From contig MU058584.1 of the NCBI GenBank assembly GCA_013265495.1, forward strand, positions 3,974,508-4,038,507: a stretch of DNA of 64,000 nucleotides. The letters are read 5' to 3'. Both the position numbers and the translations under genes were made by a program. Each line of letters begins with the position of its first letter. Position 1 is the first letter of the stretch. Under the pieces are notes generated by a model. It was not told the origin of the DNA and did not search any database. It was given only the letters and a program-made list of their open reading frames with translations. Source of the stretch: Vicugna vicugna (Eukaryota). Shown piece by piece: positions 13,425 through 26,583 of this stretch.

Positions 13425-16299
13425 CTCAGCTTGATTATTTTAGGAAAGTCCTTTCCCTAGATTCTTTGCTTTCCTTCTAGATTTTTGAGTATTGCCCGAA
13501 ATTTACCTTTTTGATAAATTTCTGTAGGAGATACAGGAATATTGAAGAAGCAGGTTTGATTTTGAATAAGAAGTTACCCATTCCTGTTATTTTATTGACC
13601 TTGCTTTTAGATGAATTGCTATTTGGTGCTATATACGCTACTGTAGAAACCAGAAGTCTGCCTACTACTCTGAATTTTAACATAATTTAGTATGTTTGCT
13701 AATTAGTAGGCATACTTCTCTGTAAACGCAACTGTGTTATCAAAAGCGTTGGGGAATTAAAGTAGTTTGGTTCTTACTTATTTGTTCATAAGTTCAATTG
13801 TCTGCCTTAACCATGAATTTGGTAAAATTATACTTTCTTATAAATCCTGTTCTTACAAGAATTCTTGTCACTTTTCATTAATGCTAACGTTTTCCTCTAA
13901 GAATATTGGTTGTCTTCTCACTTTCTGTTACAGTCCTTCCTTGTTCTCCATCTTTTTCCTTGTCTTTTAGAGGATGCTCTTCTTCTGGACATGCTGGTTT
14001 TAGTCCTGAGATTTGCAGCTGATGATTCCAGGGCTGACCTTAGTCAAATGAATATAATAATTCTTGATGGTGGAAAAAATGGTATGATGAGACCAGTAGT
14101 GTTTTCTCTTTTTTCTTTCTTTCTTCTTTTTTTTTTTGGAAGTACTTCATGTATTCCAAAAGGAAGTATAGTAGGTAGAGGTAAGGAGCATTATCAAAAT
14201 ACCTAACATATGTAGAAGTATTTTTGTAGAGAGCATAGAGGAGTGGTTTAATTTTAATTATATTTTATTTTGTCATTCTTGCAATGATTTATCTTGTTTT
14301 TTCCTGCAAATTAGGATTACATTTTTCTGTTTAGTAACTTCCCTTGGTATGTGTATAATAAAGTAATCAGACTGACTAAATGACACAAGAAATCCAGTCT
14401 CATTATTTAATAGCTTCATTTTCTTTAGTCTAATTAATTTTCTCCTTAGCATTTATTTTTACGTCTGTTTTAAAAAGCATTATGGTTTTCCCCACTGGAA
14501 TGGATGTTCCACAAGAGCAGAGGTGTTAGCTTGTTCTCTCTCTATCCCCAGTACCTGAATAGTGAACAGAGCCCATAGTGCAGGTGCTCTGAAAACATGG
14601 TGAATAAATACAGCTGTGTCCACACATCAGAAGCCATTGGGGTGAGTTATGCCTTTGCCTGGGACCTCATTTCAGACAATCACAAAATCTTCATCCAAAA
14701 ATAAGTAAAATTGACCCACATAAACTCTACTAAAGAATGAGTATGTTCCAGTGACACCCGTAACAACAGGTAAACATCATTAAAAAAACAAAGGGATACA
14801 ATGAGGTATCAGATAAATGGATTGGGGTGAGGAATTATGCTAGAAAGCATATAAAATATTAGCCAAATAAAATCTGCATGTGTAAATCTTGGTGCAGAGG
14901 GAACTGGCACAGAGGGTTCATTAAACTCAGAAATGCTGGGAGGGAACCCCTGAATGGTGTGCAGGTAGGGAAGAGAGGTCCCTGAAGAAGCTAGCATCAC
15001 AGGGACTGTCAGTGGCCTTTGTGTCATAAACCCTCTGTTTGCCCCTTTGAGGACCTAATGAGATACTGGATGTGGGGGTGTCATTATTTTTGTCACAGTC
15101 CCCAGCAGCCTCAGCTGAGGCTGTTCTTCCCTGGCAGACAGGGAGCAAGCAGCATGGTGAGGAGAGGCTATGCTTCCGATAGTCTTTTCTCACACCAGAC
15201 ACTTACTTTGAAGCTTATTTTAAAACTCTATTATAGCAGTAAATGTGCATCAGTCTGCAGTAATACTGCAGTTGGCCACAGCGGCCGTGAAATCTCTCTA
15301 CTTATTCTTTCTCACATTGGAAGATGGGGCTAGATACCATTCTGATTCAGCTTTTCAGGTTTTCCATTCCCTCCTTTTCTTTTAAGTGTTGGTATTTGCT
15401 TGAGCCTAACTGTGCAAGCAGAGTTACAGAATCTTTACATTTGAAGACTGCCTGGAAAAATTCTGGAGATTTAGGTTAAGAAACAAAGACATTTTAAAAT
15501 ACCAGTTTACTAGCCATCTGTCCTAGTAATGGTCAGTTTTAAATTCTGTCATTCTCCACAACACCCCCAACCCTCCAAAAAGATGGAGTAACTCATGATG
15601 ATTGGTTAAACAACAGATGAAAAATGTGAAGCCCTGGTAATGACTGACTGATAGTTCTGTGAAACAGCACTTATGCCTGAACACGTTTCTGTATAAGAAT
15701 ACCTTTGTGCCCTGGAAGTGTTCAGGAGAAACGACTTTAGATGAATCCTATTTAGTAATTTCTTTATCTTAGATAATTTATAACAGAGATGGTGGTTTGA
15801 CTACATTTCACCCCAAAATTAGTGCTATAGGTGCACTGGAAGACTATTATAAAGAAGAGTTCAATTTTTTAGGAAATCCTTTCCTATTGAAGCCATTGAT
15901 GTGCTCTATGAGGGGAATTGTTCTAAAGCTTGAAAATGAAAGCAGCTAAATTTTACCATCAGCTTCCCCGCCCTCATGAGTCTGCACTGTGAAATTTTTT
16001 TTAAAAAAGAACAGGAAGACTAGAAAGTATTCAATTAAAAAACGAAATATTTTCAGTTGTATGTTTTAATCAAGTAAGGGAGGGAGGAAAAGAAACGTGG
16101 GAACACAAAGTATAAAGAAGAAAGAAATGAGTAGGTGGAATAAAAGATGAGAAAGAAGGCTATATTGATGGCAGGGGAGAGTGCGAGCAAGAAAGCTTGG
16201 TCAGAAATAAGGAATGGAAAACGGAAGGGGTTTTATAAGTGAGCAGAATGTCTGCTTGTCATGTTCTGCTAATGTGAGCTGTGGAATAATTCACCATTC

Positions 16300-17480
16300 T
16301 TTGAAATATTGTTGTTTAATCATCAGTGATCTCTAGGTGGTGAAATCCAGTGGGCACTTTCCCAGACCATTTTATTTTATTTTATTTTTTTATTGCAGTA
16401 TAGTCAGTTTACAATGTTGTGTCAATTTCTGGTGTACAGCACATTGCTCTAGTCATATATATACATATATTCATTTTCATATTCTTTTTCACCGTAAGCA
16501 ACTACACCCGGACCATTTCTTAACTGAGCTCTCAACAGCGTTTGACATTCTTGTCCACTATCTCTCTCTCTTGAAACCTTACCCCTCTGGAAGCTGTGAA
16601 AACATGCTTTCTTGGTTTTCCTCTCATTTTTCTTGTAGCTTCTGCTTTGTTGTTCATGAAGTCTCAGCCCTAGCCTCCTCTGTTCTTTTCATTCTACAAC
16701 CCAGCAAATGTATGCGCCCCTTGGCTTCAGGTAGCCCTTGCTGCTGCTGTGCGCCGTGCTCTAGTGTCCTGCATGTGAATGGCATCACCTGTTTTATTTG
16801 GATGTCCGGGCCAGAGACTTAGGAGTCATTCCCAACATACCCTCTGCCCCACATCCCAAGTCCTTACTCCCAAGGCCTATGTCTACATCCTTAAACAACG
16901 TCCTTTAATAACTGGCAAATCTTCCCACTCCTCAGTCCATGTTCTCTGCTACCCTAGTCTTAGTAGTCCTCATCTATGTCTTATAGCATGATAGTAGTCT
17001 CCCATAGCCCTCCTTTATTCTCTACACTGAAGCTAGGATGATCTTTGAAACTACAAATCCAATCATGTCATTCTGCTTAAAACTGTTAACCTGCTGCTCT
17101 TAAAATAAAAATTAACATCCCACATGCCTACTTCTCTGGCCTCCCCTCTGCCCTCCCTCTGAACACTTGAGCCACCCAGGCCCTTTGGCCAGATTCTCAC
17201 AGATGCCCCGCGCTGACCTTCCACATCTCCTTTTGCCTACACTTCATTCTTCAGGTATCAACACAGACAGTTTCCATTGAAAAACTGCTTCTTTACATGC
17301 GGTCTTATAGTATTTTGTTCTTTTCCTCTATAGCATTTATCATAATTTGTCATTACATACTTCTGTGATGAGACAGGAAACTCCTGAGAGGGATGGAACC
17401 TTGTCTGTTTTTCTCGCTGCAGAGCCCCCAGAACCCCCAGCACCTGGCACATGGCGGGCAGTTAATAAATAGCAGTTAAA
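16300..17480 (+). mobile_element. L2 remnant
   Basis: aaatccagtgggcactt, ctctcaacagcgtttgaca, caaatccaatcatgtca, cagcacctggcacatggcgggcagttaataaata. Confidence 0.75.
16373..16506 (-). mobile_element. Very short LINE-1 3' end inserted in an L2
   Basis: (TTTTA)n followed by ttgcagtatagtcagtttacaatgttg. TSD CCCAGACCATTT 16361-16372 / CCCGGACCATTT 16507-16518. Confidence 0.88.
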
Positions 17481-20400
17481 TGCCTGGAGTCTGTCTTTTG
17501 CAAAGACTCGAGGTATATATCCCTGGTCTGTAAATTTTACTTTCAAGAATTTCACTGCGTGGTCTGTTTAGGACTCAAAAATGAGAATGATAGTATATTT
17601 ATCATTGAACGCGATTTAGAAACTAAAGATTCAGTAAAAGCTATTGAATTAAATCTATTCAGATTGTCTGGGAGCTCCATCTTCACTTGTCCCTGCCATG
17701 TTTTCTAAAAGGAGACGTGCTGACTTAGGGATTTTGCTTTAATTCAGCGAACATTTGAGGGCATATAATAGGCCAGACACTTTGTAGACTTTAATTGGCT
17801 ACTCCCTCCTTCATTTATCTTTCCATAATAATAGAATTTAAAGTAATTTTAAACTGACATTTGGTTTTCAAGACCTCTATTTCTCAAGGGTACATATTTG
17901 TGTCTTTGAGTCTTACTTTTGACAAAGCACTTTGTAAATGAAATGTTCACTTGAAAGTTATTTTTTCACTTGACTGTGATTAATTAGAAAAATTCTCTTG
18001 AATTTTTACATAGGTATGCATCTTAAAGGTATTCACATGCAAGATTTGTGTCCCGAAGTTCTGTTTCTCCCTGACTGTAATGGTAGACTCCTTCCCAGAT
18101 GGTTGGTGGAGGGTTGTGGTATATAACAAGTGTCATTCATGGATGAGACTTAGATCATTTTTTAAAATAATATTTGCTGGCATTAATGAAGAAATTCAGT
18201 TCTTTGTTTTACAAACCTAATATGACTCATCTCTGCCCTAGGATGCAGAACAAGTGTTGCTATGGTTTTCAGAGGTAGGTTTATGCTGAATATTTTTTTC
18301 TTTCTTAGAATTGTCCTCCCCACCATGATAGAATATATACCAGAGTTAAGGAAGTAACTTGTGACCTACCCTTGCAAACAAGATCAATATAGAAAGACTT
18401 GATTATTTACTTATAAGAGCTTGAGGAACACTTTAAAAGGTGAGGAGAGATATGACTTGGAGAAGGATGTAGTTCTTGGGAGCGGGAACTGCAGTATAAA
18501 TGTTGCAAAGCGAACAGGTATTGATGGGAGCTGGGGGATGATGAATGGGACTAAGTGGAAGGCTTAGCAAGCAGGTTTACTTGTCTGTAGAGTGAGAAGA
18601 AAGTGGCGATTAGTCGAAACTGTGTTTGGAAACATAGGCTAAGAGTTCTGACTTGATAAAATCATTAGTATTTTTAAATGTAGTATGAAAGTTTACAATG
18701 TGAGAAATAAAACTTTCCTCTGTTGGTCTTGTGAAAATAGCATGGATGCAGTAGGTATCAAAGATGTTTGGTGTTTTAGCTTGGTTTTTTTTTTTAAGAG
18801 ATTTTATTCTGTTACTTAGGGCTGGTTTTAAGGTTTCATAACCAGTCTCTTCATTCAGAGAATGTGGAAAAAGAACCGAACGCGTCCCGTGAGTGAGCAC
18901 GCTGTTAGGCGCTCGACAAGGCAGTGTCCGCAGCCAGTTGTTTGTGTATCGCTGTCAGCCAGAATTACTTGAAGGCGTGGACAGTCCTGGGACACTTACC
19001 TTTAGAAAGGTAGTTGACACTAGGTTTTTAACATGACCCTTACTCTTTTTTAAAAGGTGAGGGTCAGGTGGGATACCAACCAATTTTGCTTTTCTTTTCT
19101 TTGAAATTATTTTAATTTAGGCTTTTGTGAACATTTGATCTCCCTTCCCTTTTCATTGAGATGGTTTCCTTTGCTTGTTCTTTCCACAGTCTCAGACTTT
19201 TTCCCTACCTCGGTCCTAAGTGTAGAAAGGAAGATTGTCCTTCTTTCTGACCCCTTCTCAGAAATTAATTGTGCTAAGTTATCAGCTTCTTAGATTTCAA
19301 GCAATCCTCTTGCCAGAGGCATTTATTAAGTGCCCATATGTGCTTGCTACTACCCTAAGTGTTGCAGCAATAAAGTAGGAGCACATGGGACTCCCGTCTA
19401 TTAAGTGCTTTTAAAGTGCCAGGTAATACTAATGCAAATCATACTATCAAAGGCATTCATATAAATAGTGTCCTGCCACCCCATCCCACCAAGCTAAGTG
19501 CCTTAAATGCGTTAAGATTACATCCCCAGAGGGCAGAGTGTTTAGTCTTCATTTGGGTTTGGTTTAGATGAAGAAATCTAAGTCATGCAGTTCTCTGGAG
19601 GCCTATTTATAGGCTGCTTTTACTCAAAATGTACATCGAGTATTTGAGCGTTGTCGCCATAGCAAAACATCTAAGACTGCGATTGTCTGAACAAGGGAAG
19701 ATAGCCAAAGAGCTATAGTGTGCAAGTTTAAAATAATGTATTTGAGGGAAAATATTCTGGTTTACACTTGTAGGATGATGGTTTCCAAGCTATTACTAGG
19801 AGAGAATTTGAAACTATTATTGTTTATTATTGAAAGATATCAGATTCATATACTGCAGCCAGAAGACTAGTTCTGAATTTTAAAAGAAAGGTCATTGGAA
19901 ACATAGAAAATATTTTTCTATTCTTGTACCAAGATATCTCTATATATTGTATATGGATTTGGATACAGTGCTTCAGGAAAGAAGGATGTTCCAGAAGTGG
20001 CATGATTAAGGGCCAGAAAGGCAAAATAATCAGTACTTCAATCTGGATTGTTACAGAAATTTAGAATGTTTTAGGCATTCATTCCACCTTCTGTTTGTCG
20101 TTTACTGAGGAATAGCTATGTTCTAGGCCATGTGCTGGGCTCACAGAATGTTTTCTGATGCTTCTGTCAGGACACTACTGGTCAGTGCGAGCTGCATGTC
20201 TCTAGTTTTTTTCTTGCACTCTTATAGGAAAAATGAAAGAAAAATAAAAAATCAAAACTGAGATTGTACATGATCTGAGATCATAAAATCTTGAGTAGGT
20301 AGAGTCTACGCAGTTATTTATGTACATTTGGGAGGCAGGGTCACGTAGGGGTTGACAGTGGGGTTCTAGAACCAGACTGCCTGTGTCAGATGGCGTCCTG

Positions 20401-20845
20401 GGCTGTTTTGAGAATAATGTATTAGAGTGCTTAGGACAGTTACTGAGCCATAGTGAGGGCCCAGTAAGTGATGGCTATTAAGTTTGAAGAATACTAGAAC
20501 TTTGTAAAGACTTCAAGAACTAGATATTGGGCAAATGAAAAATATTAAAGCACCTCCACAAGTAACCAGCATGTTATTAAGCAAATTCCCTGACAAACTG
20601 AGGATCAGATCCAGGGGGGAATGCGTTTCAGCAAGCATGTAAATATTCATGCTTTTTAGAATTCTGGGACGTAATTGTGGTGCTTGGGGCTTATAAAAAG
20701 GTTTTAAGAGTTGTTTGAATAACAAAAGGTTGGCCTGCTGAATGTGGAAGAGCATTCCAGGAATCAGGATTAGTTCCAGAGAAGAGTTCAGAGCTGGAAA
20801 GGGAAAGCACACAAAAGAGACTGTTAAGTAAATATGTGTGGGTCT

Positions 20846-21040
20846 AGAGTGGTGTTCTCAAATAGGGGCAGTTTTGCCTCTCAGGAGACATCTGACTATG
20901 TCTGGGAGAACAGTGTTCCTGGCATTTTGTTGTTAGAGGCCCGGGACACGGTAACCATCCTGTACTGCACAGGACAGTCTCCACAACAAAGAATTATCCA
21001 ACCAAAATGCCAGCAGTGCCATGGGTAAGAAACAGTGGTC
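20846..21040. mobile_element. MER20 (hAT-Charlie)
   Basis: gttctcaaataggggcagttttgcc...gcacaggacagtctccacaacaaagaattatccaaccaaaatg. Confidence 0.8.
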
Positions 21041-23811
21041 TAGTACAAGGTGTAATAAAGGCCACTGAATAGAAGCCTGCATTTATAATATTATCTCCAC
21101 TCCACCCACCAGGAAACAAAGATGAAGACAAATTTAGCTCATTAATCTCACCATGATGCGTACAAACATCTCCTTAAACGGAGCATGCTGCTTGTGCAAC
21201 GTTGACTTGCACCATGCATTCAAGAACCTAAAATGACACTCTCCTGGCTATAGCCTCCACGCCGCATAACTTCCCTCCCTTGCCCTGGAGGGAAGACAGT
21301 GTTACGCACATTTGCTTAGATTAGAAATTGCAGTGAAACTGTTAACTTCTTTTCTAGGTGTCTTTTTTTTTTGTACTCCTGTCCCTTGCAAGTGCGCATT
21401 TGTACGCCAGGCAAGATGATAGGTTAACAAAACGATGAATGAGGAAAATTTATTTTACTGGTTGAATAAAGAAAACTTCAGACTCAAAGATATAGAGAGC
21501 CTTGACATTCTTATGTAGCACAGTTTTTGGCATCACTACGGAAGTTTATAGAATAGTGATATGGTTAGAATGAGGGGTAGAGGTGACGGTTTATAACTGA
21601 AATGGAGGGTTGCCTGTTGTGTGGGATCATTCTGGAGTGAGGCAGTGTGTGAGGAATAATTAGATCAGGAAGAAGATAGGGACATTTCCTCCTCATTCCA
21701 GACCTGTAAATTCAGCTGCTCACTGAACCTCTTGGAACCCATGGGCATATCAAATTAAATGTATCCAAGCTCATTCTTTCCCCTTCCCTCCCACATTTTC
21801 CCTTCTTGTACTCATGTTTTCCTCCTACTCGGCACCACCACCTACTCAGTCACTCGAGCCTGAAGCTGGTAGTCATTCTGCTCATCTCCTTCATGCAACT
21901 GAGCATTTGAATTGGTACCAGGCCTGCCTTTTTAATACTGTTCATGCCTGTTTCTTCTCCATTCTCAGACTGCTACCTTAGTTCTAGCCTCTGCTCTTGC
22001 CTTGAGTTCATATGATGGTTCCATTTTCAGGTTTCTGCCCTGTTAACTTGCAGTCATATAGCTATCAAGTAAACTACCAAAAAAAAAGTTTAAAAAACAA
22101 TTATGTTACTCTTACCTAAAACCCTTAAAGTTTTAAGGTCAAATTTTAAAATTTTAAGTGGTTCTAAGTTGAGTTGAAACTTAAATATGAGGAACTTGAG
22201 ATTGTCCGTGCCCTCCTCTCTAACCTTAGCTCCCAGCACTTTCTCACCTCCTCTCTCTAACCCTGTCAAACCGTTTGCTGTCTCCCGGACTTGTAGATAT
22301 CACAGTTTTTTCTCTTCCCATGTTTTACTTCTCCTGTACAACATGGAGTAGATTGTATGGGGTGGTCTACAATTCAGTACTGTTTTTTGGGTTTGGTTTT
22401 TTTTTTTTGCACTGCTAGGTACTTCTCTTTCTAAGCATGACATTCTCTTATAGCATGTTAGCATATTGTTGGGGAATTTTTCTAAAGTGAAAATAAAATC
22501 TGTTTAGTAGCAAATTCAAGTTTAGAATAGAGAATTTTAATAGCTTCAGTTTGTCTCCTGAATAGCCTGGGGTAGTAGGAGATTGTGTGAGGGACATTAA
22601 CTGTAGGGGCTCCTGTCCCTCTGTGGGCGAAAGGACAGCTGGCTTCCCTATGGAAGCGCCGCAGGCTTGGGGCTCCTGAGATCCAGCGTGCCTGGTCCAC
22701 TGTCCTGCTTGGTTTGTCTGGAGTTCACGTTAGAAAATCTGTGTGTATACACATACACGCACACACACAATCCCAAATATGTGTTCCCTTTGTTATCTCT
22801 TCTCAGTGGAGAGAGAGAGCTTTTGAGACTTGTAATAGATAAAGTAGATAATGTTTTTTTCCTCATCTTTTTAGTCGTTTATAGCATTTACTATATAAGA
22901 AGGAGGAATTACAATGTAGGTTGTATGCTAATTCAGGATGGGGTCTTGATCTGATTTAGCCAAAGTGTACCCTACTTATTGATGCTGTTTTAAATGATTG
23001 GTAATCATTCCTCATTGCTTGGAACTTTTGTCTTGACTTTTCCATTTTGAAAGTTATTAGCAATTTAACATACGTTTGGTTTACTGCCTGGACATTGAGT
23101 AAACAGGGTTCATAGAATCATCTGATGACGGGTCAGTGACTTTAGGATTTTCATATAGGATTTTAGAAATTTTTGCCATCATTTTTGAGGCATATGAACA
23201 CAACTTCAGAGGCCAAAGTTGTAATAAAATATTTCTTTTAATGGCTTTCTGCTGAGTCAGTTGCTTGGTGTTATCATAACAAGTGTGATGTCACTGGGTT
23301 GTGAAAGGCCTTTTTCTCTACCAGGTTGAATAGGAAAGCCCTTAAGAGTCATTGTGAACTTTCTGTTGTAATTGTCTGATGAGTGAGTTTGAATATGAAA
23401 TAAGTAGAACCTATAATAGAGGTATGTTCCAAAGCTACTGTTTTCTACTAAAGATATAGTTCAGAAAGGTCTGTAGTGGCTGCCATTATATTTAAAATCT
23501 TTAACATTTTAATTTTGTCTCAAAACAAACCATACAAGTAGAAATTTTACTTTGAATGTTCATATACAGGTAAGTCATAAGTTGACAAAGAATTTACCTT
23601 ACTAAAGAAACTAGATTACCATGGTCAAGTCTCAGAAGAAGGACAGCATTTTTGTAAGTTCATTCAGTTAGCCTTTTTGTGTTCAGGTAAAGTGAGACTT
23701 AAATTCATGCAAAAGGAGAGGTCAAAAATAATCCAGTTTTATACTATTTATAAGCAACCTGAGTTTTTTCTTTGAAAAATCATCTTTTATGTTTGCCTGT
23801 TTCCTCTTAAT

Positions 23812-23851
23812 TACAGGACTTTCTTGTGTTGTACAGGACTTTCTTGTGTTG
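23812..23851. repeat. Perfect 20-bp tandem duplication
   Basis: TACAGGACTTTCTTGTGTTG twice. Confidence 0.92.
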
Positions 23852-24699
23852 AAACAAGTCCTTACATTTAAAACCAATATTGTCCCTCCTGTCTTAAGTA
23901 ATTCTTACTTGTTTTGACCTTTTCTATAATTTTCTTTGTTGAACCTAGTTTTAAGAACCTAACTGGTTCATCTCAGCCTTTCCTTATCTGAAATTAAAGA
24001 AGTTCTTTTGAGAGGTTCTTTCCAACAAGGTACTAAAACAGCTTTGCACTTCTTTAGTTACACTGATTTGGGTAATAAAGTAAAAGTATTTGGTCAGATT
24101 CTTGGGAGTCAGCCAATTACATTAAGAATGCAAAGAATTCGACTAAAAATGTTTTTAAAAATTAGAAAAACTGTATATTAATTGAAACAAAAAATAGATA
24201 TATATACATACATGCTAAATTCTAACCATTTAGTGTAAACCTACTAGTCCTTTTTCTATACACATACGTATGCTTATTGGTATAGATAAAAGTAGAATCA
24301 CACATATCACTCATCTAACATATTACCGTTTATGTACAAAACACCATACTGTGAAATATGGGGACTGTTTGTACTTTAATGACTTCTGTGATGAAGGCTG
24401 AGTTTTTTAAAATTATAAGCTAAAAATGTTGGTGCAAAAATGCAAGTATATAACTAAATTGAAACACAAAACAGGAAAAAATAATGATGACTCAAAAACC
24501 ATAACACTATTGATTGTGCACAAATAACAGGACCAAATTTTGAAAATTCCAACTTGTTCATAATGTACATGTACATTAGGAGTTTTGAGGAGTTGCTGAA
24601 CATAATGTGGTAACCACATTTCTTAGCAGAAATAATCCTTAGTAAACTCTAATGGCTCTAATTTTAATTTGTGAATGTCAAATTAGCAACTCTTAGTAA

Positions 24700-25150
24700 C
24701 ATACATATATTATTGGTACATTGCTTTCAGCTTCGGATGTTGGAAACTGAAACAGCTTAAACACAAGGAAATCGACTTGGCTCTCATGATTAAGAGACCA
24801 GAAGCTTCAGGGATGGTAGGACTGGGCTCTTTGTGTTAAGGTTCTTTCCCTATGGTTGCAAACAGCTTCCAGCAGCCACCAGGAAAACGTGCTTCCTTGT
24901 TCGTGTCCAGAAAAAGGAGAGTAACCACTTATTGTTTCTATTCAAAGTGAGAATAACTGTCCTGGAAAGGTCTAGGAGCTCTTTGCTTGATTTCGGCCAA
25001 AACTGAGTAAACTTCTGGGATACAGCTCATTCCTGAACAAGTCACTAGCTAGAGGGAAGTCTTTCCCTTGAGCAGAGGTCACTTGTTAAATGTCATTGCC
25101 CTTACCCAAGTGGGAGAATTAGAATGGCAATCAGCATGCGCCGTTAGTAT
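24700..25150. mobile_element. Degenerate old MLT1 (K/L-like) LTR
   Basis: aactgaaacagcttaaacacaagga...gcttcagggatgg...atggttgcaaacagcttccag...ttcctgaacaagtcact. Confidence 0.5.
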
Positions 25151-26141
25151 GTAGCCTGCAAACATCAAAATCAACAAAATTGGCATTTTGGGATCAGTTC
25201 TGGACCACTAGTGGTACAAAGACAGTACTTGGCAATCACTGGTATACTGAGAAGTAGACTGAGGTGGACCCTAAGGAACACCAATGTTTAACAAATAGAG
25301 AAGGAGGAGGCTGTCTCCTCTTTATGTGTCAGTTTTCTACTTAAATTAATTCTGTATTGCTACTTGGATATAGAATAAAAAAAAAATGTATGACACCAGA
25401 GATGACCTTAGGGTTTGTTTTCTTTGTATTTCTTTTCCTGAAAGTATAGAGATTGCTTGGAAATACATTAAGCTTAGAAATTCAGATTAGAATTTATCCC
25501 TTGAGTGAAAATGTTCTTATAATTCAAGTGTTTTCTAATTTATGAAAAACTAACAAGCAAGAGAAAACAAGTCAAATACATATTCTTTTCTGTTTCCTGC
25601 CTTGTTTGTAAAATCTAGAATCTGGTCTTTGGGTAAGTTTCACCATATCTCTTTTCATAAAACAGATTATAGAATAATCCTAGGAATAAACAAACACTTT
25701 CCTTTGAATTTCCTGGATTTTTAGGGGGGAGGTGGAGGAAATTGTGACTGGTTTTCAGTTTACTTAAAATATGATTTTAAAAGTACATTTTATAGGTGTA
25801 ATACTGGAGGTATTTAGCAACTGATTTTAAATTATGACCTTCAGAAAACTATTCATCTGGCTTGAATTAATCAATTCTGATAGCATATGGCATATTTGAT
25901 TTACCCAGTGGTTTTTCTCCTTTATATCTCTCTGGTCACTTTAATGTCACTACCTGGGCTGGTTCTTTTTTGAAGTGCTGCCTATTGGTCTTAAAGGAAA
26001 TAGGGAGGGAACCGTAAATGGAGTACAGAAATTAATGGAAAAATGAAAGGAGTATTTTGTAGTGTATGAACTGTCTAATGTGTTGGATAACTAAGGACGA
26101 ATTGTATCTATGTTTGTTTCTTAAAATTTTTTTTCACAGGT

Positions 26142-26480
26142 GCAGTCATCCCTGGGGGGTGATTGCAGGACCTTGGTAGATACCAGAATCCGAGGGTGCT
26201 CAAGTCCTTTGTATAAGATGGCATAGTGTTTGCATATAGCCTACTCACATCTTCCCATATACTTCGTCATCTCTTGATTACTTACAATACCTAACACAGT
26301 GTAAATGCTGTGTAAATAGTTGTGAATATAATGCAAATACCATGTAAATAGCTGCAAACATGCAACAAATTCAGATTTGCTTTTTGGAATTTTCTGGATT
26401 TTTTTTTTTAACTGTTACTAATTTATGTTAGTTGGTTGAATCTATGGATACAGAACATTCGGATGTGGAGGGTCAACTGT
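26142..26480. mobile_element. MER2-type (TcMar-Tigger) MITE
   Basis: cagtcatccct...gctcaagtcc...atggcatagt.tttgcatata.cctac...gttggttgaatc...ggagggtcaactg. Confidence 0.85.
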
Positions 26481-26583
26481 AGTGAGAAATGTTAATTTAT
26501 GACAAACTTCAGGCTCATCCCTACCTGCATATCTAATATCTGGGAAAATGATTATTCTCTTTTATTATGAAGAAATAAATGTA

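Noticed and set aside
14018..14095. TGATGA and CTGA motifs suggesting a box C/D snoRNA
   Set aside because: Box spacing is too short, there is no terminal stem and no recognisable rRNA guide.
16337..16822. 161-aa Cys-rich ORF, the longest in the track
   Set aside because: Runs across L2 and an inserted L1 tail; no splice or family support.
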